DNA from: Lachnospiraceae bacterium
GTDB taxonomy: Bacteria > Bacillota > Clostridia > Lachnospirales > Lachnospiraceae
Assembly: GCA_045114695.1 (NCBI GenBank)
Contig: JBGUKX010000017.1
Span: 65,201 to 129,200, forward strand
Reading direction: 5' to 3'
Length of the DNA: 64,000 bases
In this document: positions 10,946-20,632 of the stretch, piece by piece
How positions within the stretch are numbered: position 1 is the stretch's first letter
Layout: each line of letters begins with the position of its first letter
Notes under the pieces: model-generated
The model's input: only the letters and a program-made list of their open reading frames with translations
Database searches by the model: none
What the model was told of the DNA's origin: nothing
Made by a program: the position numbers and the translations under genes

Positions 10946-11557
10946 TCATACGCCGTAAAAAACGATCCCCAGGGCGGCCGAGATCAGAATCAGCAGGATC
11001 GGCGACACCTTCTTTTTGAAGATCAGCCTCCCGCCGAACAGCACCGCCGCGACCAGGCAGGCGATGGCCAGGGCCCTGGCCTCCAGCGGCACCCCGAAGA
11101 CGGACAGCCGCGGAAGGCTGCCGGCCTCCGCCGCGGCGCCGGCCTCCTGCTGCACGGCGACGCTCTCCGCGATCATCGTGATTCCCGTCGCGAGAATCAC
11201 ACCCATGATGCAGGATTTGAAGCCGTCCAGCACCGCCTGGACGTACCGGTTCTTCAGAAGGAAGCGGAACGCGGCCAGCACGAGGAGTATGATCACAAAG
11301 GCCGGCAGCGCCACCGCGAAGGTGGCGATGAGGGCGCCCGGAATCCCCGCCTTCCGGCTTCCGATGTAGGTCGCCAGGTTGATCATGAGCGGTCCGGGCG
11401 TGCTCTCGCTCACCGCGATCATATAGGAAAGCATCTCGTCGGTGAGCCAGCCCCGGGACGAGACCACGTCCCGGATGATCGGGATCGCGGAATAGGCGCC
11501 GCCGAAGGAGAAAAAACCGACCTTCAGAAATCCGATAAACAGGTCCAGAAGCATCAC
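10946..11557 (-). CDS. Short-chain chromate transporter (CHR) subunit
   Basis: FLKVGFFSFGGAY and ESTPGP motifs. Confidence 0.9.
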   Translation of the reverse strand: MMLLDLFIGFLKVGFFSFGGAYSAIPIIRDVVSSRGWLTDEMLSYMIAVSESTPGPLMINLATYIGSRKAGIPGALIATFAVALPAFVIILLVLAAFRFLLKNRYVQAVLDGFKSCIMGVILATGITMIAESVAVQQEAGAAAEAGSLPRLSVFGVPLEARALAIACLVAAVLFGGRLIFKKKVSPILLILISAALGIVFYGV

Positions 11558-12141
11558 GGCCGGCCTCCTTCCTCCGCGCGTCCTCCCGCGCAGTAGGCCG
11601 CGAGGCTCACCGCGCCCGCGATCAGCATCATGCTGATGGAGGAGAAGTTCCAGGAGAACACGTTAATCAACAGCATCGCCGCGATGGAAACCGCCAGGAT
11701 CACCCGGCACAGCTTCCCCATGGGCATCTTTTTGATCAGGTTCAGGGCGGCGTTCACGATGAGGAAGCCCACGCCGACCTTGATGCCCCGGAAGGCGCTG
11801 GCGATAACCCGGATCTCGAGAAAGTTGTCGAGGAACATCGAGATCACGTAGATGATCACGAACGACGGGACGATGACGCCCACCGTCGCGGCGCACGCGC
11901 CGGCCATTCCTCCCTGCCGGTACCCGATATAGGTCGCGCTGTTGATGGCGACGGGACCGGGCGTGGATTCGGCGACCACGATGAGATTGAGGAATTCGTC
12001 GTGGGTGATCCATTTCTTTTTCTCCACGCAGATGTCCTCGATGATGGAGAGCATGGCGTAGCCCCCGCCGAAGGTGAACAGGCCGATCCTGAGAAACGTC
12101 AGAAACAGATCGGCACAGGTACGTATCCTGCTGTTTTTCAT
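11554..12141 (-). CDS. Short-chain chromate transporter (CHR) subunit
   Basis: GLFTFGGGY and ESTPGPVAIN motifs; 4-nt overlap with its partner gene. Confidence 0.9.
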   Translation of the reverse strand: MKNSRIRTCADLFLTFLRIGLFTFGGGYAMLSIIEDICVEKKKWITHDEFLNLIVVAESTPGPVAINSATYIGYRQGGMAGACAATVGVIVPSFVIIYVISMFLDNFLEIRVIASAFRGIKVGVGFLIVNAALNLIKKMPMGKLCRVILAVSIAAMLLINVFSWNFSSISMMLIAGAVSLAAYCAGGRAEEGGRP

Positions 12142-12226
12142 TCCGTCTCCTCTGTGCTGAAGAATATGTCTTTGGGGCCGCGCGTTTTCGCCGCGCCCCG
12201 CATAAGGTCCGCCGCCCCGCGTCTGT

Positions 12227-14008
12227 TTACCGCACCTCGCTGGCCCTGGTGTAGAAGCGGCAGTAGATCCCCTTCTTCGCCATCAGCTCCTCGTGGGTCC
12301 CTTCCTCCTCGATGCCGTCGTCGGTCAGCACCAGGATGCGGTCGGACCGGACGATGCTGCTGAGCCGGTGGGCGATAGTGATGGTCGTTCGCCCGGCGGA
12401 CAGGCCGGCCAGGGACTGCGCCACCTCGTACTCGCTCTCGTTGTCCAGGGCGGAGGTCGCCTCGTCGAGAATGATGATGGGCGGATTTTTCAGGAAGATT
12501 CTGGCGATGGACAGCCTCTGCTTCTGTCCTCCCGAGAGCTTCACGCCCCGCTCCCCGATATAGGTGTCGTACCCGTCGGGCAGCTGCCGTATGAATTCGT
12601 CCGCTCCCGCCCGGCGGGCGGCCTCCTCGACCTCCTGCCGGGACGCCTCAGGCTTCCCGTAGACGATGTTGTCATAGACCGTCCCCGAGAAGAGATAGAC
12701 GTCCTGCTGGACCATGCCGATGCTGCCCCGCAGGCTCTTCAGCGTAAAATGCCTCACGTCCGTGCCGTCCAGCAGGATCTCCCCCGAGGTCACGTCGTAG
12801 AATCTCGGTATCAGGTTGCAAAGCGTCGTCTTTCCGCCGCCCGACGGCCCGACGATCGCCACCTTCTCGCCCGGAAGGATGGAGAGGTTCAGGTTCCGCA
12901 GAACGACGTTTTCGCCGTCGTCCGGATAAGAGAACGTCACGTCGCGGAACTCGATCCTGCCCTCCGGGTTCTCCAGGGGCACCGCCCCCTCCTCGTCGAA
13001 GATCTCGATGTCGGCGTCCATGATCTGCAGAAACCGCTCGATTCCCGTCATGCCGCGCTGGAACTGCTCGGCAAACTCGATAATTCTCCGTATCGTCGCG
13101 ATCAGCGTCGTCACGTAGAGGACGTAGGCGACCAGGTCCCCGGGACGGATCATTCCCTTCAGGAGGAACAGACCGCCGCCCCCCAGCACGACCAGGTACA
13201 TGATGCCCTCGAACACCCTGACCGTGATCTGAAAGGCCGCCATGTACCGGTAGGTGTCGCGCTTCATCTGAAAGAAGGTGACGTTTTCCTTATTGAATTT
13301 CTCCTCCTCGAGCTCCTCGTTGGTGAAGGCCTTGACCACCTTCTGCCCCAGCAGGCTGTCCTCGATCCGGGCGTTGAGCTCCCCCGTGTGGTAGCGCTGT
13401 CTCGCGAAGGCCTCTTTCATCCTGAGGTTCTGCTTCATCGAGACCGCGAGCATGACCGGCAGGACAAGGAACACCAGCAGGGTGAGGGGCGCGTGGATCC
13501 GGACCAGTATCACGAAGGACACCGCGGTCTTCACGGCCGCGATGAAGAATTCCTCCGGGCAGTGATGGGCAAATTCCGTGACGTCGAAGAGGTCGTTGGT
13601 GATGCGCCCCATGATCTGCCCGATCTTGGTGCTGCTGTAGAAGGAGTTCGACAGCCGCTGCAGATGGGCGTAGGCGTCGCGCCGCATGTCCGTCTCGATG
13701 TAGGTTCCCATGACGTGGCCCTGGTAGGCCATGTAGTAGGCCGCGAGGGTATCCACGATCCGGAGGGCCAGGTACAGGAGAACCAGCCTCAGCACGACCC
13801 CGGCGGTCAGCGCCGCCAGGTTGTTCATCCCGGTGTTGGTCAGATACCGGATGATCATCGGAAGGACCAGCTCGGCCACGCAGGTGAGTCCCGCGCAGAG
13901 GAGGTCCTTTGCGACAGTGCCCAGATGCGGGCGGTAATACGGCAGAAAGCGCCCCAGGAGTTCCTTCGTCCCGTAGGAGCGGCCGCCGCTGTTCTGTTTT
14001 TCACTCAT
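12227..14008 (-). CDS. ABC exporter, fused permease and ATP-binding domains
   Basis: N-terminal TM domain, GPSGGGKT, LSGGQKQR, LDEATSALD, IAHRLS. Confidence 0.93.
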   Translation of the reverse strand: MSEKQNSGGRSYGTKELLGRFLPYYRPHLGTVAKDLLCAGLTCVAELVLPMIIRYLTNTGMNNLAALTAGVVLRLVLLYLALRIVDTLAAYYMAYQGHVMGTYIETDMRRDAYAHLQRLSNSFYSSTKIGQIMGRITNDLFDVTEFAHHCPEEFFIAAVKTAVSFVILVRIHAPLTLLVFLVLPVMLAVSMKQNLRMKEAFARQRYHTGELNARIEDSLLGQKVVKAFTNEELEEEKFNKENVTFFQMKRDTYRYMAAFQITVRVFEGIMYLVVLGGGGLFLLKGMIRPGDLVAYVLYVTTLIATIRRIIEFAEQFQRGMTGIERFLQIMDADIEIFDEEGAVPLENPEGRIEFRDVTFSYPDDGENVVLRNLNLSILPGEKVAIVGPSGGGKTTLCNLIPRFYDVTSGEILLDGTDVRHFTLKSLRGSIGMVQQDVYLFSGTVYDNIVYGKPEASRQEVEEAARRAGADEFIRQLPDGYDTYIGERGVKLSGGQKQRLSIARIFLKNPPIIILDEATSALDNESEYEVAQSLAGLSAGRTTITIAHRLSSIVRSDRILVLTDDGIEEEGTHEELMAKKGIYCRFYTRASEVR

Positions 14009-14044
14009 CTGACTGCTCGTCCTCCGTGAAGCGCGGCGGACGTC

Positions 14045-15073
14045 TCAGCCCGCCACGTATCTGTCCAGCCCGTTCGCGAGCCCGGTCACGATCTTGTCCT
14101 GGTAGGCGGGCCTCGCGAGGTTGAGATCCTCGGCGTAATTGCTCATGTAGCCCATCTCGACGATGGCGCAGGGCATTTTGGCCCAGTTGATGCCGGTCAT
14201 CTCGTTGGTGTAGAGCGTCTCCAGCCACGGCTGTCCCGTCGATTTCGCCTGGTACTGGGCCAGGAGCCTCGCGAGACGCTGTCCCCCGGAGACCACGCTG
14301 CCGCTCAGATAGCGGTTGCCGCCCGCCGCCGCCATGCCTCTGACGCCGTGCAGATACGAACCGTAATCCTGTCCGTCGCAGTGCAGGCGGATCATGACGT
14401 CGGCCTTGCTGCTGTTGGCGATCTTCGCGCGGTCGGCGTTGCTGAGGGAGACCTCGTTCCTGGTCCTCGTCATGACGACGTTGTACCCTCTCTTTTTGAG
14501 CTCGTCCCGGAGCTTGAGTCCGATCCGGCGGACGACCTCGTACTCGTTGAGCCGCGACCAGGGGCCGTAGGTTCCGCTGGAGACCTTGATCTTGTAGGTG
14601 CCGGAGCCCGGTCCGATGGGCTCCTTCGTATACATCGCGTGCAGCTGGTGCCCCGGGTCGATGCATACCGTCGTCGAGAAGATCTTTATCCCCTTCTTCG
14701 CCCTCGCGCTCCCGTCGCCCCATCTTCCGTAGAGCTGGTAGTAGAGGAAATACTTCCTGTAGCCGTTTCCGAGCACCTTGCGGAGGTTTTTGTGGGAATT
14801 GAAATATTCCTTCACGTCAAAATCGCCCCGCGCCCGGTGGCCGTAGTACATCCCGTATTTCACGAAATAGGCGAGAACCTTCTCGGGGTCCGTCCCCACC
14901 TTCCGCACGACGGCCGGATTGTTTTTGATATAGAATTTGTAGCTGTAGACGCGGTCGTACTCGACCCCCTTGTAGCAGGTCGGATAGAGCCCGGCGTGCG
15001 CGGGCGCCGCGGCGAGCCCCGTCATCAGCAGGAGGCAGGCGCCGATCAGAAACCGTGTGATCTGTTTTTTCAT
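14045..15073 (-). CDS. Secreted N-acetylmuramoyl-L-alanine amidase (Amidase_3) with Tyr/Lys-rich N-terminal module
   Basis: Signal peptide; CIDPGHQ, NEYE, RLHCDG and VEMGYMSN zinc motifs. Confidence 0.9.
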   Translation of the reverse strand: MKKQITRFLIGACLLLMTGLAAAPAHAGLYPTCYKGVEYDRVYSYKFYIKNNPAVVRKVGTDPEKVLAYFVKYGMYYGHRARGDFDVKEYFNSHKNLRKVLGNGYRKYFLYYQLYGRWGDGSARAKKGIKIFSTTVCIDPGHQLHAMYTKEPIGPGSGTYKIKVSSGTYGPWSRLNEYEVVRRIGLKLRDELKKRGYNVVMTRTRNEVSLSNADRAKIANSSKADVMIRLHCDGQDYGSYLHGVRGMAAAGGNRYLSGSVVSGGQRLARLLAQYQAKSTGQPWLETLYTNEMTGINWAKMPCAIVEMGYMSNYAEDLNLARPAYQDKIVTGLANGLDRYVAG

Positions 15074-15341
15074 CTCAAAAACCCTTGCGGCATGCTTCGT
15101 CGACTTTTCCGGCGCCGGCAGTCGGACGGCGTCTGCCGGCAGAAATATTATAATTCATAAGCACCTCACCCACCAGAGATTTTTCACATTTCCGGCGCCC
15201 CGGCGATTCGGGTCTGTCATTCTTCACGAAAACATATTATAATATGGGGAAGCGGGGCCCGGGCGGACAGATCCTCCGGACGTTCCCCGCCTCATTCCGA
15301 ACCTGAACTATTTTCTATTTCAAGGAGGACACAGGGTTATT

Positions 15342-16496
15342 ATGACCAGAAAACGCATTATCGCAGCAGCCGTCGCCGCCGTCATGGCCATTTCCGCGAT
15401 GAGCGTCTCCGCCTTTGCGGAGGAGACGTCGGGAGATACCTGCCGAAGCTATCTCACCGGAGAACTCGTTCCCACGTCCGTGGGCCGCAGTCGTCCGTTT
15501 GCGCTCATGATTGAAAATGACAAAAACGCCCTGGAGTGGCAGCGGGGCACCAGCAGCGCGTCCATCATCTACGAAGCCATGGTGGAAGGCGGCATCACCC
15601 GTATGGAAGCCTTCTTCGAGGATTTCCATGACGTGCCCATGATCATGCCGATCCGCTCCTGCCGCCCGCAGTTCGTCTATTATTCCCGCGAATTCAACGC
15701 CTACTACGGACACTACGGACAGGTCATCTACGCCGTTCCGATCCTGCAGATGCCGGACAGCTACGACATCGCCGGTATTCCCACGGGTGAAGGCGGACAG
15801 AACTACCGCCTCAACGACGGCAGCACCGCCTACCGGCGCGATCACGAAGGCGTCACCGGCATCTACACCAACTACGACATGCTCAGCTCCTTCGTCAAGA
15901 ACGCGGAATGGCCCACCGAATATCCGGCGGATTACACCGGCCACTACCAGTTCGCGGAGCCGGGCTCGGCGGTCCGTCTGGAGAACGGCGAGTCAGCCAA
16001 GGTCGTCATCCCGGGCTTCGTCAACAACCACGCCAGATTTGACTACAACGAGGAGGAAGAGGTCTACTACCGCTCCGAGTTCGACTCTCCCCAGCTTGAC
16101 CACGGCAACGGAAAGCAGCTCTCCTTCAAGAACATCATCATCCAGATCGGCCCGTCCCACATGCTGGACGACTCCTACCTGTTCACGGATCCCGCGATCC
16201 AGGGCGAGACCGGCGAGGGCTGGTACATCACCAACGGCCGTGCGGAGCGCATCACCTGGAGAAAGTCCTACTGGAGCGCCGACAACCCCATCCTGACGAC
16301 CATCACGGCCGCGAAGTACGCCTTCGACGTCCGCCGGTGCGACTTCAACGTCACCCGCTACTACGATTCCGACGGAAATGAGATCACCCTGAACAGGGGC
16401 AAGACGTTCGTGGAGATCGTCCGCTCCAACGACGCGTCGAAGGTGGTCATCTCCGACGACCGTTCCATCGACACCCACGTCATCGACGGAATGTAA
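15342..16496 (+). CDS. Secreted DUF3048-like protein
   Basis: Signal peptide ending SAFA; RPFALMIEN, YEAMVEGGITR and PIRSCR motifs. Confidence 0.8.
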   Translation: MTRKRIIAAAVAAVMAISAMSVSAFAEETSGDTCRSYLTGELVPTSVGRSRPFALMIENDKNALEWQRGTSSASIIYEAMVEGGITRMEAFFEDFHDVPMIMPIRSCRPQFVYYSREFNAYYGHYGQVIYAVPILQMPDSYDIAGIPTGEGGQNYRLNDGSTAYRRDHEGVTGIYTNYDMLSSFVKNAEWPTEYPADYTGHYQFAEPGSAVRLENGESAKVVIPGFVNNHARFDYNEEEEVYYRSEFDSPQLDHGNGKQLSFKNIIIQIGPSHMLDDSYLFTDPAIQGETGEGWYITNGRAERITWRKSYWSADNPILTTITAAKYAFDVRRCDFNVTRYYDSDGNEITLNRGKTFVEIVRSNDASKVVISDDRSIDTHVIDGM

Positions 16497-16565
16497 ACCG
16501 GACATCCCGAATAACGAACCTCCGGGCGGTTCCGGCGGCTGCGCCGCCTTCCGCCCGGACGCGCC

Positions 16566-16597
16566 AAGAGGAGGCTGCCGCGGCAGCCTCCTCTTTC
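16566..16597. terminator. Perfect 30-bp palindrome between convergent genes, probable terminator
   Basis: AAGAGGAGGCTGCCGCGGCAGCCTCCTCTT followed by a T-rich tract. Confidence 0.7.
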
Positions 16598-16764
16598 GTT
16601 TCTTTTGTTTCGTTTCTTTCGTTCCGTTTCTTCCGGGCCGTTTCTTCCGGGCCCGTTCTCCCGGGCCGCTCTTTTTATGTCCGGTCCGGTCTTTCCGGCC
16701 GTTTTTTACGTCCGGTCCGGATCCCCGGCCGCTTCCGCGCGCAAGGGTCCGGAACCCGTTCTTT

Positions 16765-18018
16765 TTATTCCATCGGCTCCGCCACGGACTCAACCTCCGC
16801 GCCGGACGCCTCCGCCACAGATTCGGCCTCCGCCACGCCCGACTCGACGGCCGCGGCCGGTTCCTTCTCCGTGATCACGGCGTTCTCGAGAAGCAGCTTA
16901 CCGACCGCGTCATACTTCAGCCTGTAGTTCACGGTGTATTCGCCGTATTCCGCGACGAGGCTCACGCCGTCCTCCATGCCGACCTCGTGGGCGAGATCGT
17001 CATAAGCCTTCTCCAGCTCGTCTCCCTCCGGAAGAAGGTGCTCCGCCTCCGCGATCGCGTCGATGGTCAGCTCCTGCTTCGCGCTGTTCTCGGCCACCTG
17101 TCTCGCGAATTCCGGGAACTGCTCCTCGGTCATTCCACCCATGGAGGAGAGGAAGGTGTTGAAGTCAACGCCGTACATATCCGCGAAGGACTTGTAGTAG
17201 TCCGTGACGTCGTCCACGGTGAACTCCACCAGATCCTCCGGCAGCTCTTCGGCCGTGCAGTTCTCCACCGCCATCTGAAGCAACTCGTTCTTCACGCTTT
17301 CATTTCTGCTGTTGAGGGCGTCCTCCTCCAGCATCGCGCGGATTCTCTCCCGGTACTCCTCCACCGTCGCGGCTTCTCCGCCCGAGAGCGAGGACGCCAG
17401 GCCGTCGTCCAGCTCCTTGTAGCGCTTCGTGGAATTGACCGTGACCGTAAACACCGTGTCCTTTCCGGCGAGATCCGCATTGCCGTAGTTCTCCGGGAAC
17501 TTCAGGTTGAGATCCAGCGTACTGCCGATCTCCGCGCCGATCAGTCCCTCCTCAAATCCCTCGATGAAGGATCCGGAGCCGATCTCGAGCTCATAGCCCT
17601 CCGCGGTGCCGCCCTCAAAGGGCTCGCCGTCCAGCATGCCGACAAAGTCGATGTTCGCGACGTCGCCTTCCGCGACGGTTCCCTCGGTAAACGTCTCGCT
17701 TCCTTCCGGCGAGTAGCGGATCTCGTTCGAGATTCTCGCGTCCACCTGGGCGTCCGTCACGTCGATCGGATCGACCTCCACCGTCAGGCCCTTGTACTGC
17801 CCGAGCGTGATAAAATCGAGACCGCGGTATTCGGGATGTACCTTCTCCGGCTCCTCGGCTTCTTCCGCGACGGATTCCGCGGCGGATTCCGCCTCCGCGT
17901 ACGCCGCCGGCTCAGCGACCGACTCAACCTCTGCCGCGCAGACGGCTCCCGTCATCAGCGCGGCGGCCGCCACGCCTGCCGCGAAAAGCGTCGATATCTC
18001 TCTGGTTCTGCGTTTCAT
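16765..18018 (-). CDS. Trigger-factor-like FKBP peptidyl-prolyl isomerase/chaperone with signal peptide
   Basis: IDFVGMLDGEPFEGG, IGSGSFIEGFEEGLIG and FPENYG...LAGK FKBP motifs plus TF C-terminal-like helices; the N-terminus is a signal peptide, not the ribosome-binding domain. Confidence 0.85.
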   Translation of the reverse strand: MKRRTREISTLFAAGVAAAALMTGAVCAAEVESVAEPAAYAEAESAAESVAEEAEEPEKVHPEYRGLDFITLGQYKGLTVEVDPIDVTDAQVDARISNEIRYSPEGSETFTEGTVAEGDVANIDFVGMLDGEPFEGGTAEGYELEIGSGSFIEGFEEGLIGAEIGSTLDLNLKFPENYGNADLAGKDTVFTVTVNSTKRYKELDDGLASSLSGGEAATVEEYRERIRAMLEEDALNSRNESVKNELLQMAVENCTAEELPEDLVEFTVDDVTDYYKSFADMYGVDFNTFLSSMGGMTEEQFPEFARQVAENSAKQELTIDAIAEAEHLLPEGDELEKAYDDLAHEVGMEDGVSLVAEYGEYTVNYRLKYDAVGKLLLENAVITEKEPAAAVESGVAEAESVAEASGAEVESVAEPME

Positions 18019-18153
18019 TCTGTCTGCCTCCTTTACACATTCTCCCTGCTGCGGACGAAGCCCGCGGTCCGCCCGCGTAACGGTTCAATTATATGCTTCT
18101 TCCATGAAGCAGGCAACTCTTTTTCCCGCGCGCGGCGGATCAGGAGCGGCCTT

Positions 18154-18293
18154 CCCGCGCGGCGGACGGGGAACGGGTTTTCCGTGCGGCAGGTCAGGAA
18201 CAGGAACGGGTTCTCCCGCGCGGCGGACCGGGAACGGGTTTTCCGTGCGGCAGGTCAGGAACAGGAACGGGTTCTCCCGCGCGGCGGACCGGG
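18154..18293. repeat. 61-bp direct tandem repeat, about 2.3 copies, intergenic
   Basis: Units start at 18154, 18215 and 18276 (CCCGCGCGGCGGAC[G/C]GGGAACGGGTTTTCCGTGCGGCAGGTCAGGAACAGGAACGGGTTCT). Confidence 0.9.
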
Positions 18294-18416
18294 CGAAATC
18301 TGTCCCGCGCCGATCTGCGCCTTTCCACCCGTTCGAAAATAGGATAAAATAGAATAGAAAGAATCAGCGATATCTTCAGCGCCACGCGCTGTCCATCGAA
18401 AAGGAGGCTGCACGCC

Positions 18417-19148
18417 ATGAAAAAACTTCTTTCCGTCTTTCTGGTTCTCACCCTTCTGCTCCTCGTTCCCGCCGCCGCTTACGCCGACGGCTCCTCTTTC
18501 ATCACCGTCGCCACCACCAATCTCCGCTACGGCCCCGGCCAGGAATATTCCATCGGCGAGACGGTGTCCAAAGGCACCTCCCTCAGCTACGCCTACGACT
18601 CGGACTACGACGGGAGAGGCGTTCTCTGGTACCGCGTGTATTACATGGGCTGCACCTACTGGGTATCCTCAAACCAGGTGACCCGCTCCTCCTACAGCGA
18701 CGAGTCCGGCAGCTTCTCCTCGGAGGATTACGTCCAGGTCGTCACGGACGCCAATCTCCGGCTGGGCGCCGGCCTGGAATACAGCATCGCGGCGACGGTG
18801 TCCGAGGGGACCTACCTGACGTTCCTCGGCGGCACCCGCACGGATTCCAGGGGCGTCTGCTGGTTCGAGGTGAGATACAGCGGCATGACCTGCTGGATCT
18901 CCTCCAACTGCTCCCGTCTCGTCTCCTCGGCGGAGCCGGAAACCCGGACCATCGTCGTGACCACCGCGGTCAACCTCCGCGAAGGCCCCGGGCTGTACTT
19001 CAACACGATCACCACCGTCCCGGAGGGCGCGTACCTGGTGTACACGGAGAATTTCGAGCGGGATTCCCGCAACGTCGTCTGGTACAACGTCGCCTACCGC
19101 GGCATCTACGGCTGGGTCTCCTCGAAATATACACACGTATTCCAGTAA
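18417..19148 (+). CDS. Secreted protein with three SH3b-like domains, no catalytic domain
   Basis: Signal peptide; three copies of NLRxGPG...V..G..L...W..V.Y....W[VI]SS. Confidence 0.85.
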   Translation: MKKLLSVFLVLTLLLLVPAAAYADGSSFITVATTNLRYGPGQEYSIGETVSKGTSLSYAYDSDYDGRGVLWYRVYYMGCTYWVSSNQVTRSSYSDESGSFSSEDYVQVVTDANLRLGAGLEYSIAATVSEGTYLTFLGGTRTDSRGVCWFEVRYSGMTCWISSNCSRLVSSAEPETRTIVVTTAVNLREGPGLYFNTITTVPEGAYLVYTENFERDSRNVVWYNVAYRGIYGWVSSKYTHVFQ

Positions 19149-19217
19149 ACGGCGGCGCGGAACCGCGCTCCTCCCGATGAAGCTGTCAGATTCGCGCACA
19201 GAAAGGAGAAAACCTTT

Positions 19218-20378
19218 ATGAAGCCCTTTATGAAGCTTAACAGGATTCTTGCCGCGGCGGCCCTTACAGCGGCCCTTACCGCGGCGCTTGGCGCCGGCGT
19301 CTGCGCGGCGGAAGAAAGCGCCGGGTCCTCGCTCCCGGCCTTTGAGTACACCGAAAACGATCCGATGCAGGCGGCCGTGACGTCGCTCATTCTCCGCCAG
19401 GCTGAGGACCTGTTCGGAGACAGCGGATCCGCCCTCATTCCCTGTGCCGTGCTGGAGTACTTCGACGAAGAGGATCCCGCGCGTCCCGTCATCTGGGGTT
19501 CCTTCGGCGTCTCGCTCTACGATCTGGAGGACGGGGTTCTGGTGGAGAAAAAGGAATACAGCAGCCGCGGAAACGTCATCCTCAACGCGCAGGAGGACGG
19601 CTCCTACTCCGTCGAATCCTGGAACAACGCGCCCGGCGGCGATGAGGTCGAGGCCCTGGAGGGCTGGAACGAGGACGTCGCCTCGGCGATGGACCACCTG
19701 GAAGCCGATACGAAATACGCAAAGACGGAATTCCTCCGGATGTACTGCCTCTCCGCCGGTCTCACGGACGTGAGCGAGGCCCTTCTGGCCGACGGCACGG
19801 AGATCGGGCTTGTCTTCGGCGAGGAGGTCGTCCCCGCCGAGGAGGAAAACAGCGCGGAGCAGTATCCGGCCTTTGAGTACACCGGCACGGACGGCATCGA
19901 GGCGGCCGTCTCGTCGGCCCTGCTTCTTCTGCCGGACGAGGAACTGGACGACCTGCGCCAGAACCTGGTCTCCATCCCCTGCCCCGTGATCAGGGTCTTC
20001 AACCAGGACGACCCCTCCCGCATCGAGCTGTGGGGAGACTTCGGCGTCAGCAACTACGCCGTCGATCAGGGCGCTCTGGTGGAAGCCGCCGGCATCAGAA
20101 GAAAAGGCAGGATCCTCCTTGAGCCCGACGGGAACGGCGGCTTCCGCGTCTCCGATCTCACTTTGGCCGCCTCCGACGAGGAGCTGGCGGAGATCGAGGG
20201 CTTCACGGAAGAGATCGCCGCGGCGCTGGAGGACGACGGAGAGGACGAGACGAACGTCCGCACCAGGTTCCTGACCATGTACTGCCGCTCCGCCGCCCCG
20301 CTTGGCATCACCTCCTGCGTCCTTCTGGACGGCACGGAGCTCGATCTGTCCGGCGCGTACGAGACGGATCTTTCGTGA
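19218..20378 (+). CDS. Secreted acidic hypothetical protein made of two copies of a domain of about 165 aa
   Basis: Signal peptide; PAFEYT...IPC...WG.FGVS.Y...FL.MYC.SA...L.DGTE occurs twice. Confidence 0.75.
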   Translation: MKPFMKLNRILAAAALTAALTAALGAGVCAAEESAGSSLPAFEYTENDPMQAAVTSLILRQAEDLFGDSGSALIPCAVLEYFDEEDPARPVIWGSFGVSLYDLEDGVLVEKKEYSSRGNVILNAQEDGSYSVESWNNAPGGDEVEALEGWNEDVASAMDHLEADTKYAKTEFLRMYCLSAGLTDVSEALLADGTEIGLVFGEEVVPAEEENSAEQYPAFEYTGTDGIEAAVSSALLLLPDEELDDLRQNLVSIPCPVIRVFNQDDPSRIELWGDFGVSNYAVDQGALVEAAGIRRKGRILLEPDGNGGFRVSDLTLAASDEELAEIEGFTEEIAAALEDDGEDETNVRTRFLTMYCRSAAPLGITSCVLLDGTELDLSGAYETDLS

Positions 20379-20632
20379 GGTCTCCGCCCGGAAACGACGG
20401 GAACGAAAACACGCGGAAGACAGGATCCCGCGGAAATGCGGAAACGGACGCGGGAAAATATGATATAATGGCGGCAGGACGCCGCCCCCGCGATACGGGG
20501 ACCGGTTTTTCAAAAATCTGTAACCGCGGTTCCGTTTTTTCTGTCACTATAGACAGGAAGCGGTTTATCCCGCAGTCACTGCAGGCAGGAAAAGATTTAT
20601 TCCATTTCCATCATTTATGAGAGGCAATTGAT

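Noticed and set aside
16596-16760. Pyrimidine-rich low-complexity tract
   Set aside because: No consistent unit length or coding signal; treated as terminator-flanking filler.
20380-20632. c-di-AMP or c-di-GMP riboswitch upstream of the SH3b or amidase genes
   Set aside because: I could not find the conserved ydaO or GEMM core motifs by eye here or at 15075-15340; a covariance search would be needed.
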